A stretch of 40,708 bases of DNA, taken from positions 1 to 40,708 of the forward strand of contig CAYGTV010000006.1 of assembly GCA_964353135.1 (NCBI GenBank), given 5' to 3'. This DNA comes from an uncultured Candidatus Saccharibacteria bacterium. Its GTDB lineage: Bacteria; Patescibacteriota; Minisyncoccia; Phycocordibacterales; UBA918. The position numbers and the translations under genes are program-made. Numbering within the stretch: position 1 is the first letter of the stretch; each line of letters opens with the position of its first letter. The notes beneath the pieces were generated by a model that was given only the letters and a program-made list of their open reading frames with translations, searched no databases and was not told the DNA's origin. Of this stretch, positions 23,767 through 32,304 are shown in pieces.

Positions 23767-24357
23767 TTATTTGTTTAGTGAATCAACGATTCCTGATATA
23801 ACGTTTCTAAAATTATTTTGTGCTGACTCAGCCATACCATTTTGGTTAGCAATAATAATCTCAGCTTCTGGTTTAAATTTTACCTCTTCTTCGTACCGTT
23901 CTTTTCTCAGTGCTAGCTCTACAGGATCAATGGCAGCTCGAGCAACAATTCTTTTTTCTAATTCTGACCATTCACCAGCATCGATGTAAATTACTGTCAG
24001 CTTATCATCTGGAACAATATTTTTTATTTGTTGGACACCCTGCAATTCCATTTCTTTGAACACAATTTGAGGTTTTTTAAGAGCGTTTAAAATTTCTGAT
24101 TTTGCTGTTCCATACAAGTTTCCACTAAAGTTAGCCCATTCCACAAACTCATCTGCAGCAATTAGTTTTTCAAATTCGGATAAAGATATAAATTCATATT
24201 TTGGATTCTCTTCAGCATTCTCTCGTCTCGCACGACTAGTATACGTCTTTGCAAAATACATTGAATTTTGAAGTTCTCCCAATCCATCTACCAACGTTTT
24301 TTTACCACTTCCTGACGGAGCCATTAGTAGCACAAGATGTCCTTTCAGTTCTTCCAT
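23767..24357 (-). CDS. gmk: guanylate kinase
   Basis: LMAPSGSGKKT P-loop, TSRARRENAEENPKYEFIS, NLYGT; stop lies 2 nt before the adk start; visibly A+T-rich. Confidence 0.85.
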   Translation of the reverse strand: MEELKGHLVLLMAPSGSGKKTLVDGLGELQNSMYFAKTYTSRARRENAEENPKYEFISLSEFEKLIAADEFVEWANFSGNLYGTAKSEILNALKKPQIVFKEMELQGVQQIKNIVPDDKLTVIYIDAGEWSELEKRIVARAAIDPVELALRKERYEEEVKFKPEAEIIIANQNGMAESAQNNFRNVISGIVDSLNK

Positions 24358-24419
24358 AGAGCCCTAGATTACCAGCTTGTAGCTCATCTGCAAGCTGGTA
24401 ATTATGGTATTCTTGGCAC

Positions 24420-25052
24420 ATGCAAAAGAAACACATCATCACCATTTCGGGAAAACCAGGCAGCGGGAAATCATCGACCGCTGACAAAGTGGCTGAACTA
24501 CTGGGGTACACCCGCCACTCCAGCGGCGACATGGTGCGACGGGTTTTGAAGCGAAATGGTTTAACCCTCGAGGAATATAACCAAAAAGCTGCCGATGATC
24601 ACGACCTCGATGACCAGATTGACGAGGAGCTACGGGCACTACGAGAGTTGGACGACATTGTAGTTGATTCACGCCTGGGTTTCTACTGGCTACCTGAATC
24701 ATTCAAGGTATATCTAGACCTAGACCTGGACGTTGCCACCGCCCGGATTTTCAAAGACCTGACAGCAAACAGCACTCGGTCTGGAGTAGAGGGTGGCGAT
24801 CACTCTCTCCCTACTATCGCCAGTAGTGTTGCTCACCGAATGCGTGATGAGCAAGAGCGTTTTAAAAAACTATACAGTGTCGATCCGTATGACGATTCAC
24901 ACTTTGATCTAATTATTGATACCTCGCGACACAACCCTCACTCAGTGGCAGTGACAGTATTTGACCACTACAAAGAGTGGCTCGAAACCGAGTACTGGAA
25001 ACAAAAGAAAAGTTCGATTCCATTGGGGTTTTCCTACAAAAACCAATACTAA
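24420..25052 (+). CDS. cmk: cytidylate kinase-like NMP kinase
   Basis: IITISGKPGSGKSSTADKVAELLGY P-loop context and VVDSRLGFYW resemble the (d)CMP kinase family. Confidence 0.65.
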   Translation: MQKKHIITISGKPGSGKSSTADKVAELLGYTRHSSGDMVRRVLKRNGLTLEEYNQKAADDHDLDDQIDEELRALRELDDIVVDSRLGFYWLPESFKVYLDLDLDVATARIFKDLTANSTRSGVEGGDHSLPTIASSVAHRMRDEQERFKKLYSVDPYDDSHFDLIIDTSRHNPHSVAVTVFDHYKEWLETEYWKQKKSSIPLGFSYKNQY

Positions 25053-25054
25053 AG

Positions 25055-25082
25055 AAAACGACCCGAAAGGGTCGTTTTCTGA
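25055..25082 (+). terminator. rho-independent terminator
   Basis: aaaacgaccc-gaaa-gggtcgtttt, GNRA-type loop, then TCT. Confidence 0.7.
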
Positions 25083-25140
25083 TCATGTATTACCTACTTT
25101 CACAATTTCAAAATGATTATGGATACGAAGTGGACAAGCA

Positions 25141-25180
25141 AAAAGCCGCGAGTGGGGCGAATGCCCAGTGAGCGGCTTTT
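25141..25180. terminator. hairpin downstream of secY
   Basis: aaaagccgc ... gcggctttt outer stem with an inner gggc/gccc helix. Confidence 0.45.
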
Positions 25181-25223
25181 TGCACAGTCTAATGAAGTAG
25201 ACGTGATTAGTTTGAGATTGTGG

Positions 25224-26489
25224 TTATTCTCGCATCGATACTTGGGCGTCTAGCCGTCGGATGAGATCTAGTACCACCTGCACCGCAATCAACACGGCTG
25301 TTCCTCCGATTGCGAGCTGGGTCACACCAGTGGCAATTTGCATACCAACCGGCAGTACTGCCACAAATCCAAGGAAGAGTGCACCCACTAGTGTCAGACG
25401 CGTTACCAAGTTTCCAAGGTATTCACTTGTCTGTGCACCAGGACGGATACCTGGGATGAATCCACCTGAACGTTGCAGGTTTTTCGCTACGTTGTCTGGG
25501 TCAAATGTCACCGCTGTGTAGAAGAAGGTGAATAGAATTACTAGGATGAAGTAGGTGATTCCATACGCCCACTGGTTGTTGATGAACTCAGTCACAACAT
25601 TGTTGGCATCTGTCACCCACGGTAGACTGAACGCCGAAAGGATGTTCAGGATCATTTGTGGGAAGAGGATGATCGACAAAGCAAAGATGATTGGAATCAC
25701 ACCAGCCTGGTTCAATCGCATTGGTAGGTATGACGCGCTTTTACCGTACGTACTACCGCCTCGACTTTCCTTTGAGTACGTTACTGGAACTGGACGTTCA
25801 GCTTCGGTCATTACAACCACTGCGTACACGATTGCCAAGGCAATAAATCCAAATCCAAGGTACAACGGTAGCTGTGACGCATCGTAGCTAAAGTATAGCT
25901 GTGAAGCAGTCGACGGCAACGTCGCAACAATACCGGCAAAGATGATGATTGATACACCGTTTCCGATACCGTATTCAGTAATCAACTCACCGATCCACAT
26001 CAATAGGATAGAACCAGTTGTGATGAGAACGATGTTGAGTATAAAGTCGAACGTTGATAGTCCAACTAGTACCCCCTGACTTTGCAACAGAGTAAGGAAT
26101 CCAAATCCTTGTAGTACGGCTAACGGAAGAGTTAGCATACGACTGTATTGTGTGAATTTTGCCTTCCCAGCTTCTCCCTCTTCTGTATTCAAGCTCTTCA
26201 CCGCTGGTGACATCACTGTCATCAACTGCATGATGATGGCCGCCGTAATAAACGGACCAACTCCAAGCATTACAATCGAAAGGTTAGCCAAACCTCCTCC
26301 AGAGAAGATGTTCAACAGACCGAGAAATTGGTTGTTGGTGAAGAATTGCTCAAGCACTGTCTGGTCGATTCCAGGAATTGGAATCGCTGCCAACATTCGA
26401 AAGATAATCAAAGCTCCAAAGATGAAGAGGATTCGATTACGGATCGTTTTGTCAGTAAATGCGGTTTTCAGTTTCTGGAAAAATGTCAT
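25224..26489 (-). CDS. secY: preprotein translocase subunit SecY
   Basis: 421 aa, 10-TM pattern; IPGIDQ, GVGPFITAAIIMQL, GIRPG motifs. Confidence 0.95.
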   Translation of the reverse strand: MTFFQKLKTAFTDKTIRNRILFIFGALIIFRMLAAIPIPGIDQTVLEQFFTNNQFLGLLNIFSGGGLANLSIVMLGVGPFITAAIIMQLMTVMSPAVKSLNTEEGEAGKAKFTQYSRMLTLPLAVLQGFGFLTLLQSQGVLVGLSTFDFILNIVLITTGSILLMWIGELITEYGIGNGVSIIIFAGIVATLPSTASQLYFSYDASQLPLYLGFGFIALAIVYAVVVMTEAERPVPVTYSKESRGGSTYGKSASYLPMRLNQAGVIPIIFALSIILFPQMILNILSAFSLPWVTDANNVVTEFINNQWAYGITYFILVILFTFFYTAVTFDPDNVAKNLQRSGGFIPGIRPGAQTSEYLGNLVTRLTLVGALFLGFVAVLPVGMQIATGVTQLAIGGTAVLIAVQVVLDLIRRLDAQVSMRE

Positions 26490-26507
26490 ATCGCTTGAGT
26501 TTACCGC

Positions 26508-26957
26508 TTATTTCACACTTCCGCCAGCCGCTTCGATCTTGGCTTTAGCTGAGGCAGATACCTGACAATCTTCGATTACTAGTTTCTTGGTCAGATCCCC
26601 GTTTCCAAGAATCTTTACCACTGGTGCTTTTCGTCGTACCGTTTCAAGGATACCGGCCGCTACCATAGTTTTTCGGTTCACAATTGCACCGGCTGCAAAA
26701 CCAGCTTCTAGCGCACTCACGTTTACCACCACTGGTAGCACTCGCTCTGCGTTGACTGTGCGACTTCGGTTAACACCGTGTCCTCGAAGTTTAGGTAGCT
26801 TCTTGATGTGCTCACGCATTTCTGGGCGAGTACTGTTACCAGCCCGGGCTTTCTGTCCCTTGTGACCTCGTCCTGAAGTCTTACCTCGCTTTCCACCACG
26901 TCCGATCCGCTTGGCGGTCTTCTTTGGAGATGTAGGCTTTAGTTCATGAAGTTGCAT
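26508..26957 (-). CDS. rplO: 50S ribosomal protein L15
   Basis: RIGRGGKRGKTSGRGHKGQKAR. Confidence 0.95.
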   Translation of the reverse strand: MQLHELKPTSPKKTAKRIGRGGKRGKTSGRGHKGQKARAGNSTRPEMREHIKKLPKLRGHGVNRSRTVNAERVLPVVVNVSALEAGFAAGAIVNRKTMVAAGILETVRRKAPVVKILGNGDLTKKLVIEDCQVSASAKAKIEAAGGSVK

Positions 26958-26958
26958 A

Positions 26959-27642
26959 TTACGCTTTCTTCTTTAGCTGCTTGAGCGCTTCGACAGCAGC
27001 GCGTGCGTTGTTAAGTTTGTTCTTACTTCGTGAGAAGATTTTCGCTGTAACGTCTTTTACTCCAGCGAGCTCTAGAACAGTACGAACTGATGATCCAGCT
27101 ACAAGCCCTCGCCCTGGTGCTGGCATAATCATAACTTCACTTGAAGCGTATTTCACATGTACGTCATGTGGGATTCGTCCTTCGGCATCCATTGGTACGA
27201 CAAGCATGTTTTTCTTGGCGTCTCGGACCGCTTTTTCGATCGCTAGTTGGGTGTCACCGGCTTTACCGATTCCTACTCCAACCTTTCCTTTCTTGTCTCC
27301 GATCACCATTGATACAGAGAATGAAAAACGACGACCACCGGCCATAACTCGAGTCACTCGACGGATACTAACGATCTTTTGGTCAAATTCTGGCTTGACT
27401 CGTTCTGGACGTCCACCTCGACGACCTCCTCGACGACCTCCTTGAGCACCTCCTCGGCCCGCTCGACCACCTTGCTGAGCTTCACGACGTGCGTCAGCTC
27501 CTGATCGTCCCCTTCGTGGTGCCGCAGCGGGTGCATCGCTTGCTGCCGCCGCTTCCGGTGCAGCTGCTGGAGCAGAAGTTGTTTCTACTGCAGCGTCTGG
27601 CTTTGTGCCAGTTGTAGCTTCCTGCTGTTCTTTTTCAGACAT
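26959..27642 (-). CDS. rpsE: 30S ribosomal protein S5 with ~70-aa Ala/Arg/Gly-rich N-terminal extension
   Basis: VSIRRVTRVMAGGRRFSFSVSMVIGDKKGKVGVGIGKA core; stop lies 1 nt before the rplO start. Confidence 0.95.
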   Translation of the reverse strand: MSEKEQQEATTGTKPDAAVETTSAPAAAPEAAAASDAPAAAPRRGRSGADARREAQQGGRAGRGGAQGGRRGGRRGGRPERVKPEFDQKIVSIRRVTRVMAGGRRFSFSVSMVIGDKKGKVGVGIGKAGDTQLAIEKAVRDAKKNMLVVPMDAEGRIPHDVHVKYASSEVMIMPAPGRGLVAGSSVRTVLELAGVKDVTAKIFSRSKNKLNNARAAVEALKQLKKKA

Positions 27643-27662
27643 AATAATTTTCTATTTTCTAA

Positions 27663-28010
27663 CTAGAGTTTCAATCCTCCTTCTCGAGCACCGTCTGCTA
27701 CTGCAGCGATGATTCCCATGTATTGGAAACCTCCTCGGTCAAATACCACTTCTGTAATTTTTGCTGCTAACGCTTGTTTTGCGATCGCTGCTCCAACTGC
27801 TTTAGCTGACTCGAGTCGAGTTCCTTTTTCTTTTCGTGAGTCACACGCCGCTAGCGTAGTTCCTGTCTCATCATTGATGAGTTGGGCGTACACGGCTGTG
27901 TTACTTTTGAACACCGCAAGTCGAGGCCGTACAGCCGTCCCGACGATTTTGTGTCGGAGACGATTGTGCCGCTTTGCTCGTGATTGCGCTTTGCTGATTG
28001 TTGTTTTCAT
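27663..28010 (-). CDS. rplR: 50S ribosomal protein L18
   Basis: RHNRLRHKI...RPRLAVFKSN...YAQLIND...FDRGGFQY. Confidence 0.95.
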   Translation of the reverse strand: MKTTISKAQSRAKRHNRLRHKIVGTAVRPRLAVFKSNTAVYAQLINDETGTTLAACDSRKEKGTRLESAKAVGAAIAKQALAAKITEVVFDRGGFQYMGIIAAVADGAREGGLKL

Positions 28011-28031
28011 ACAAATTTAATTACGGGCAGA

Positions 28032-28565
28032 CTAAACAGCCTTCTTACCTTGCTTACGGATAATGTGTTCTCCTTGGTATCGAATACCTTTACCTTTGTA
28101 TGGTTCTGGCTTCTTGACCTTTCGCACGTTGGCAGCGAACTGTCCTAGCGCGTCTTTGTCAGACCCGGTCAGAGTAATGGCGTTTTTTACCACCTCAGCA
28201 CTGATACCTTCTGGAATGTCTAGGTTAACTGGGTGTGAAAATCCTACGTTAAGTACGATTTTGTTTCCTTCAACCGCAGCCCGATATCCAACTCCTTCGA
28301 TTTCTAGAACCCGAGTGAACCCTTCAGTTACACCGGTGATCATGTTTCGAGCGTGCGCAGCATAGGTTCCCCATAGTGCTTTAGCAGCTTTTGTTTCGTT
28401 GGCTGGAGCCATTGTCATTTCGTTTCCTTCGATTGTGATTGATACATCAGGAAGCACCGCTCGTTCAAGAGTTGCTTTTGGCCCTTTTGTCTTCAGTACG
28501 CCATCAGTTAGAGTTACTTCAACTCCGGCTGGGATGACTACTGGAATTTTTCCTAATCGACTCAT
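28032..28565 (-). CDS. rplF: 50S ribosomal protein L6
   Basis: MSRLGKIPVVIPAGVEV...; ATG 28565 preferred over TTG 28574. Confidence 0.95.
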   Translation of the reverse strand: MSRLGKIPVVIPAGVEVTLTDGVLKTKGPKATLERAVLPDVSITIEGNEMTMAPANETKAAKALWGTYAAHARNMITGVTEGFTRVLEIEGVGYRAAVEGNKIVLNVGFSHPVNLDIPEGISAEVVKNAITLTGSDKDALGQFAANVRKVKKPEPYKGKGIRYQGEHIIRKQGKKAV

Positions 28566-28567
28566 AT

Positions 28568-28963
28568 TTACCAAATGATGAACAATTGCTCACCGCCCAC
28601 TTTCTTTTCTCGCGCTTCTTCGCCAGTGACGATTCCTGCTGGAGTAGAAAGGATTAGGTGCCCTTGTCCAAATTTAACCGGATGAATATCCGCAACCTTC
28701 GTGTAGAGACGTCGACCTGGCTTACTGATTCGCTTCACACCACGGATGTTGTGTGCGCCATCTGTATACCCGAGTGTCACTTCGAGAGTTTTTTCTTGTA
28801 CCTTTTTCCCGGCAGTCTCTACTGATGCGAGGTATCCCGCTTCCACTAGTTTATCTGCTACCGCGTGTCGAAGTTTTGAATAAGGAACTGAAATAGTTTC
28901 CTTGTTCACTGCTCCGGCGTTCTTTAGTCGGATGATAAAATCCCCTACAACGTCGCCTACCAT
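28568..28963 (-). CDS. rpsH: 30S ribosomal protein S8
   Basis: VGDFIIRLKNA...; ATG 28963 overlaps the rpsN stop (ATGGTAG); tracked 29026 extension rejected. Confidence 0.95.
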   Translation of the reverse strand: MVGDVVGDFIIRLKNAGAVNKETISVPYSKLRHAVADKLVEAGYLASVETAGKKVQEKTLEVTLGYTDGAHNIRGVKRISKPGRRLYTKVADIHPVKFGQGHLILSTPAGIVTGEEAREKKVGGEQLFIIW

Positions 28964-29142
28964 GATGATTTCGTTACGCCTGGAATATGACCTTCGTGTG
29001 CCTGTTCTCTGAAACAGATACGACACATATCGAAGTCACGCATGTAACCCTTCCCTCGTCCACATAGTGAACAACGTCGGACAACACGCGATTTGAACTT
29101 TGGTGTCCGCGAAGCGCGGATCAAAAGTGCTTTTCGTGCCAT
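28957..29142 (-). CDS. rpsN: 30S ribosomal protein S14, type Z (zinc-binding)
   Basis: 61 aa; CSLCGR...CRIC Cys pairs. Confidence 0.95.
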   Translation of the reverse strand: MARKALLIRASRTPKFKSRVVRRCSLCGRGKGYMRDFDMCRICFREQAHEGHIPGVTKSSW

Positions 29143-29284
29143 TTTGTATTCTTAGCTGTGGAGTAGTTTCATCTAGAATTGATGACTTGCTCCTTAATAA
29201 ATTCGGCAAAACCTGATTCAGATCAAGCCTACAACGATTACTAGCAACCAATGGAGTTAGGACTAGCAACACGTCTTGGGCAGT

Positions 29285-29312
29285 ACTATACGCTATTTAT
29301 ATGGGATTGCAA
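29285..29312 (-). promoter_or_regulatory. promoter candidate restarting rpsN-to-secY transcription
   Basis: Minus strand TTGCAA-N16-TATAGT immediately after the insertion terminator. Confidence 0.5.
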
Positions 29313-29315
29313 TAG

Positions 29316-29347
29316 AAAAAGGCCCCGTACGCATAACGCACGGGGCC
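29316..29347 (-). terminator. rho-independent terminator of the 750-aa gene
   Basis: ggccccgt / acggggcc stem followed by TTTTT on the minus strand. Confidence 0.7.
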
Positions 29348-29396
29348 AAAGTTGATCTCACCGGTTTTCACCGGAAATATCAATTATAAAGAACCA

Positions 29397-31649
29397 TCAC
29401 CAACCAGAAGAACCGCCACCGAAGCCTCCACCTCCTCCAAAACCGGAAGATCCGCCGCCGAAGCCAGAAGAGCTGCCAAAAGAAGATGAGCCTCCGCCAA
29501 AAGACGAGCTTGGGGGAGGCTGTTGTCTCCGGCGCCGAGCGGCAGCACGAGAGCTTTCCGCGCTGCTATGGTCTGACTTAGCGCGCTTCAGCGATGTCTC
29601 AGCGCGCTGGCTTGCAGCTTGTGCCAAACCAATAATGACATCAACGTCATTAGCCCGCTCCATATCTTTCAGCAGCCTCTCTGCCTCTGAAAGTTTTGCT
29701 CGCGCTGCTGACTTGACGTCACCATGGTGATTTTGGTGATAACGCTTAGCTGTCGTCAGAGCAGCGACAGCTTCTTTCCGAAGACGCTCAGCCATTTCAC
29801 GTTTACGCTTTGCTTGGTCTTGGTCCTGCACAGCAAGCGCATACGCTTCGTCAGCAATCTGATCGGCCGCCGAAGCTGCTTTTAGAGCAGCGATCACGTT
29901 AGGCTTTTTTACAGCCATCAGTTCTCGTGCCTGCTTGAGACGCACAGCTGCATTGCTCAGGTTACTCCGATGCCTCGCGACGTCGGTATCGTGTGGATTG
30001 TCGCGCAAGTAGGCGCGCGCCACGTTGATACTTCTGTCAGCTTCATCGATTTCAGCTTGAGCCTCGACTCTGTCTGTTTCCAGACGTTGTCGCAACTGAG
30101 AAACTGATTCGAGTAAACCAGAAACTCCAGCCAGGAACGCCATGGTCTCAGTCAGCATTGAATCCGCCTCATCCCAGTCCTGAGAATCAAGCAGTTGCTG
30201 TACACTCTCGAGCATTGCCGGAACTTCCTTCAGCCTAATTTCGGCTTCAGATCCATTACCAACAACACTCTCGTAGCACACTTGCGCAAATTGACGGAAC
30301 ATCGCATCGTAGTCCTCGTGTGCTTGTTGCACAAAAGTACCAGATGCTTTATACCGATCAATTAGCTGTGTGTGTACCAAAAGCAGACCTGCCTTGCGAG
30401 CAGGTAACCCATCAGACGTTTTTTGGACCAGGGCGGTTTGGTCTTCCGCCTCAGTCAGCTTTTCGCGGGCTTTATCGTACTCTTTATCATCGAAATGACG
30501 TTGAGCTTGAACCACCGAGATCTTTGCAGCTGCAAGCTGCTCTGACAACGACGCAACGATAAACCCTTCTGCTTCACGGAACAGAAGGCTTGCGCCCGTC
30601 TTACTGTGTGAAGCCAAAGCTTCTGCTTTGTCAGTAACAAAGCTGGCATGCAAGTCTTTTTGACTGAATATTTCAGTCTCCAAGCGTAGCAAGTTCTCTG
30701 TATGCTTCGTGAAACGCTCCAGCAAAGCTGTGAGCATATTACGAACTTCAGCAAACTCTTCGACTGTGCCAACTTCGCGAAATTGCTCTTCTTCAGACAT
30801 CTGGAACGATGTGCTGTCAGAAGCGTAGTCGCTCAAGAGAAGTTCGAACTGACGACGCCAAGTACTGAGGAGCCGGGGATGTACCCAGGACACATCAGCA
30901 TCTTCACCAATAGCAGCTTTGAGCCGCCTCATGATGTCTTCAAGCTTCGTAAACTGACCGTACGCACCTGTCCAAGCAGTATGAGCTTGCTGCTTTGCTT
31001 GACGCATACGCCCAAGGTAATTGAGAACATACTGCAAAGCAAAGAACAGCATTGCTGCTGCAGCCAAGCCCCCCAGCACGTAGATCAGTGGCCTTGGATC
31101 AATCGGTTCACGATCAACACGTGGTTCAGAAACGATAGTGACCGGAGCGCTTGGTGTCCGAGCACGCTCGATCACCAGCTGGGTTTCTTCAATCCCGCGA
31201 ATAAACGCGCGATCAAAGTTGCCGTCACGCAATGACGGCTTCATTTTGCTATCCATCACGCCACGCCAAGTGCGATCCAGTTCGTTTGCCCAGCTGTCGC
31301 CATAGTAGATACCAATCTGCCGGTTCATGGTGACCCAGTAGATAATCAGATTGGAATAGCGGTCACCAGAAGCAACGTCATTCGACCATTGGTCGGCACA
31401 GACTGTATCGGCGATATTCTCAACATGTCCGTCAATAGACCGATACGATCCGTGATCCGGTTCGACACGAACACGAATGTCCGCACCAGTCAGCTCAGCA
31501 AGTTCTACTGCAGCAGCCTCAATGCCAGGAATATTTTTAAGCACTCCTGCCGTATCAACCACCACCTGATCACATGGATTAAGCGCAGCCGCAGAAATCG
31601 GAAAAAACGACGCTAAAAGCGTCATTGTCGTCATATTTGGAATACGCAT
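29397..31649 (-). CDS. TPM-domain (YgcG-like) membrane protein with ~470-aa helical insert and Gly-rich tail
   Basis: Signal peptide; VVVDTAGVLKN...ELTGADIRVRV TPM pattern; TM LIYVLGGLAAAAMLFFALQYVL; long predicted-helical region; C-terminal GGGSSGFGGGGGFGGGSSGW. Confidence 0.75.
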   Translation of the reverse strand: MRIPNMTTMTLLASFFPISAAALNPCDQVVVDTAGVLKNIPGIEAAAVELAELTGADIRVRVEPDHGSYRSIDGHVENIADTVCADQWSNDVASGDRYSNLIIYWVTMNRQIGIYYGDSWANELDRTWRGVMDSKMKPSLRDGNFDRAFIRGIEETQLVIERARTPSAPVTIVSEPRVDREPIDPRPLIYVLGGLAAAAMLFFALQYVLNYLGRMRQAKQQAHTAWTGAYGQFTKLEDIMRRLKAAIGEDADVSWVHPRLLSTWRRQFELLLSDYASDSTSFQMSEEEQFREVGTVEEFAEVRNMLTALLERFTKHTENLLRLETEIFSQKDLHASFVTDKAEALASHSKTGASLLFREAEGFIVASLSEQLAAAKISVVQAQRHFDDKEYDKAREKLTEAEDQTALVQKTSDGLPARKAGLLLVHTQLIDRYKASGTFVQQAHEDYDAMFRQFAQVCYESVVGNGSEAEIRLKEVPAMLESVQQLLDSQDWDEADSMLTETMAFLAGVSGLLESVSQLRQRLETDRVEAQAEIDEADRSINVARAYLRDNPHDTDVARHRSNLSNAAVRLKQARELMAVKKPNVIAALKAASAADQIADEAYALAVQDQDQAKRKREMAERLRKEAVAALTTAKRYHQNHHGDVKSAARAKLSEAERLLKDMERANDVDVIIGLAQAASQRAETSLKRAKSDHSSAESSRAAARRRRQQPPPSSSFGGGSSSFGSSSGFGGGSSGFGGGGGFGGGSSGW

Positions 31650-31753
31650 GTGCGTTTCTCCCTGTTAGTAATATATGAAGCCGGTATAGGAGTCAGATTG
31701 AACCGGCGGATTTTCAAGTATGCGGACTAGAAGTCCAGCCCACTCCGGGTATG

Positions 31754-31781
31754 ATTATGCTTGTTTTTTATGAAAAGTCAA
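31754..31781 (-). promoter_or_regulatory. promoter candidate for the 750-aa gene
   Basis: Minus strand TTGACT-N16-CATAAT; GGGAG SD 8 nt before ATG 31649. Confidence 0.45.
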
Positions 31782-31784
31782 TAG

Positions 31785-31819
31785 AAAAAGGCGCCCTCGC
31801 TGTTGCGGGGCGCCTTTTT
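31785..31819. terminator. terminator (A5-stem-T5) after the 121-aa gene
   Basis: ggcgccc / gggcgcc stem flanked by A5 and T5. Confidence 0.65.
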
Positions 31820-31822
31820 GTT

Positions 31823-32188
31823 TTACCCGAACAGTGCGCCGGGCCAAGCGATGACGACGTAGAGACAGATGCCAATAAGGACCAGCGGCAATTCCTTTTG
31901 CAGGCGGTCACTCCGAAAAGAATCCTTGAGGTACCGCCATTTCACATAGAGCAGAATTCCATCATTTTGAAAGTCTGTTGGGATAAAATTACCCAAAACT
32001 GCCAGACCAATGATTGCAGCCAAACTTGAGCCGCTCACGCCATCTTGGAATCTGTCTTTGACGTAGTACAGATAGGCCGTGACGGCCATCCAGACAAGCA
32101 TGATGAATACTTGTGTCCACTGCCACCATGTTTCAGGTGTCGTCCAAAAATGTTCCATACAATGTTCCTCTTCAAGAGCAAACTGCAA
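31823..32188 (-). CDS. small Trp-rich multi-TM membrane protein, unknown family
   Basis: 121-aa ORF with about 3 hydrophobic segments; alternative ATG at 32158; terminator immediately follows the stop. Confidence 0.5.
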   Translation of the reverse strand: MQFALEEEHCMEHFWTTPETWWQWTQVFIMLVWMAVTAYLYYVKDRFQDGVSGSSLAAIIGLAVLGNFIPTDFQNDGILLYVKWRYLKDSFRSDRLQKELPLVLIGICLYVVIAWPGALFG

Positions 32189-32304
32189 CAGCGCAGCTTT
32201 TCGATAAACTTATACCACAGTTTTTTTAAAACAGGAATACCGATTGTTTTACAGACGTGTAAAGTTGTGGTTAGAAGAAACGCATCACAGCAGAGGTACA
32301 CATC

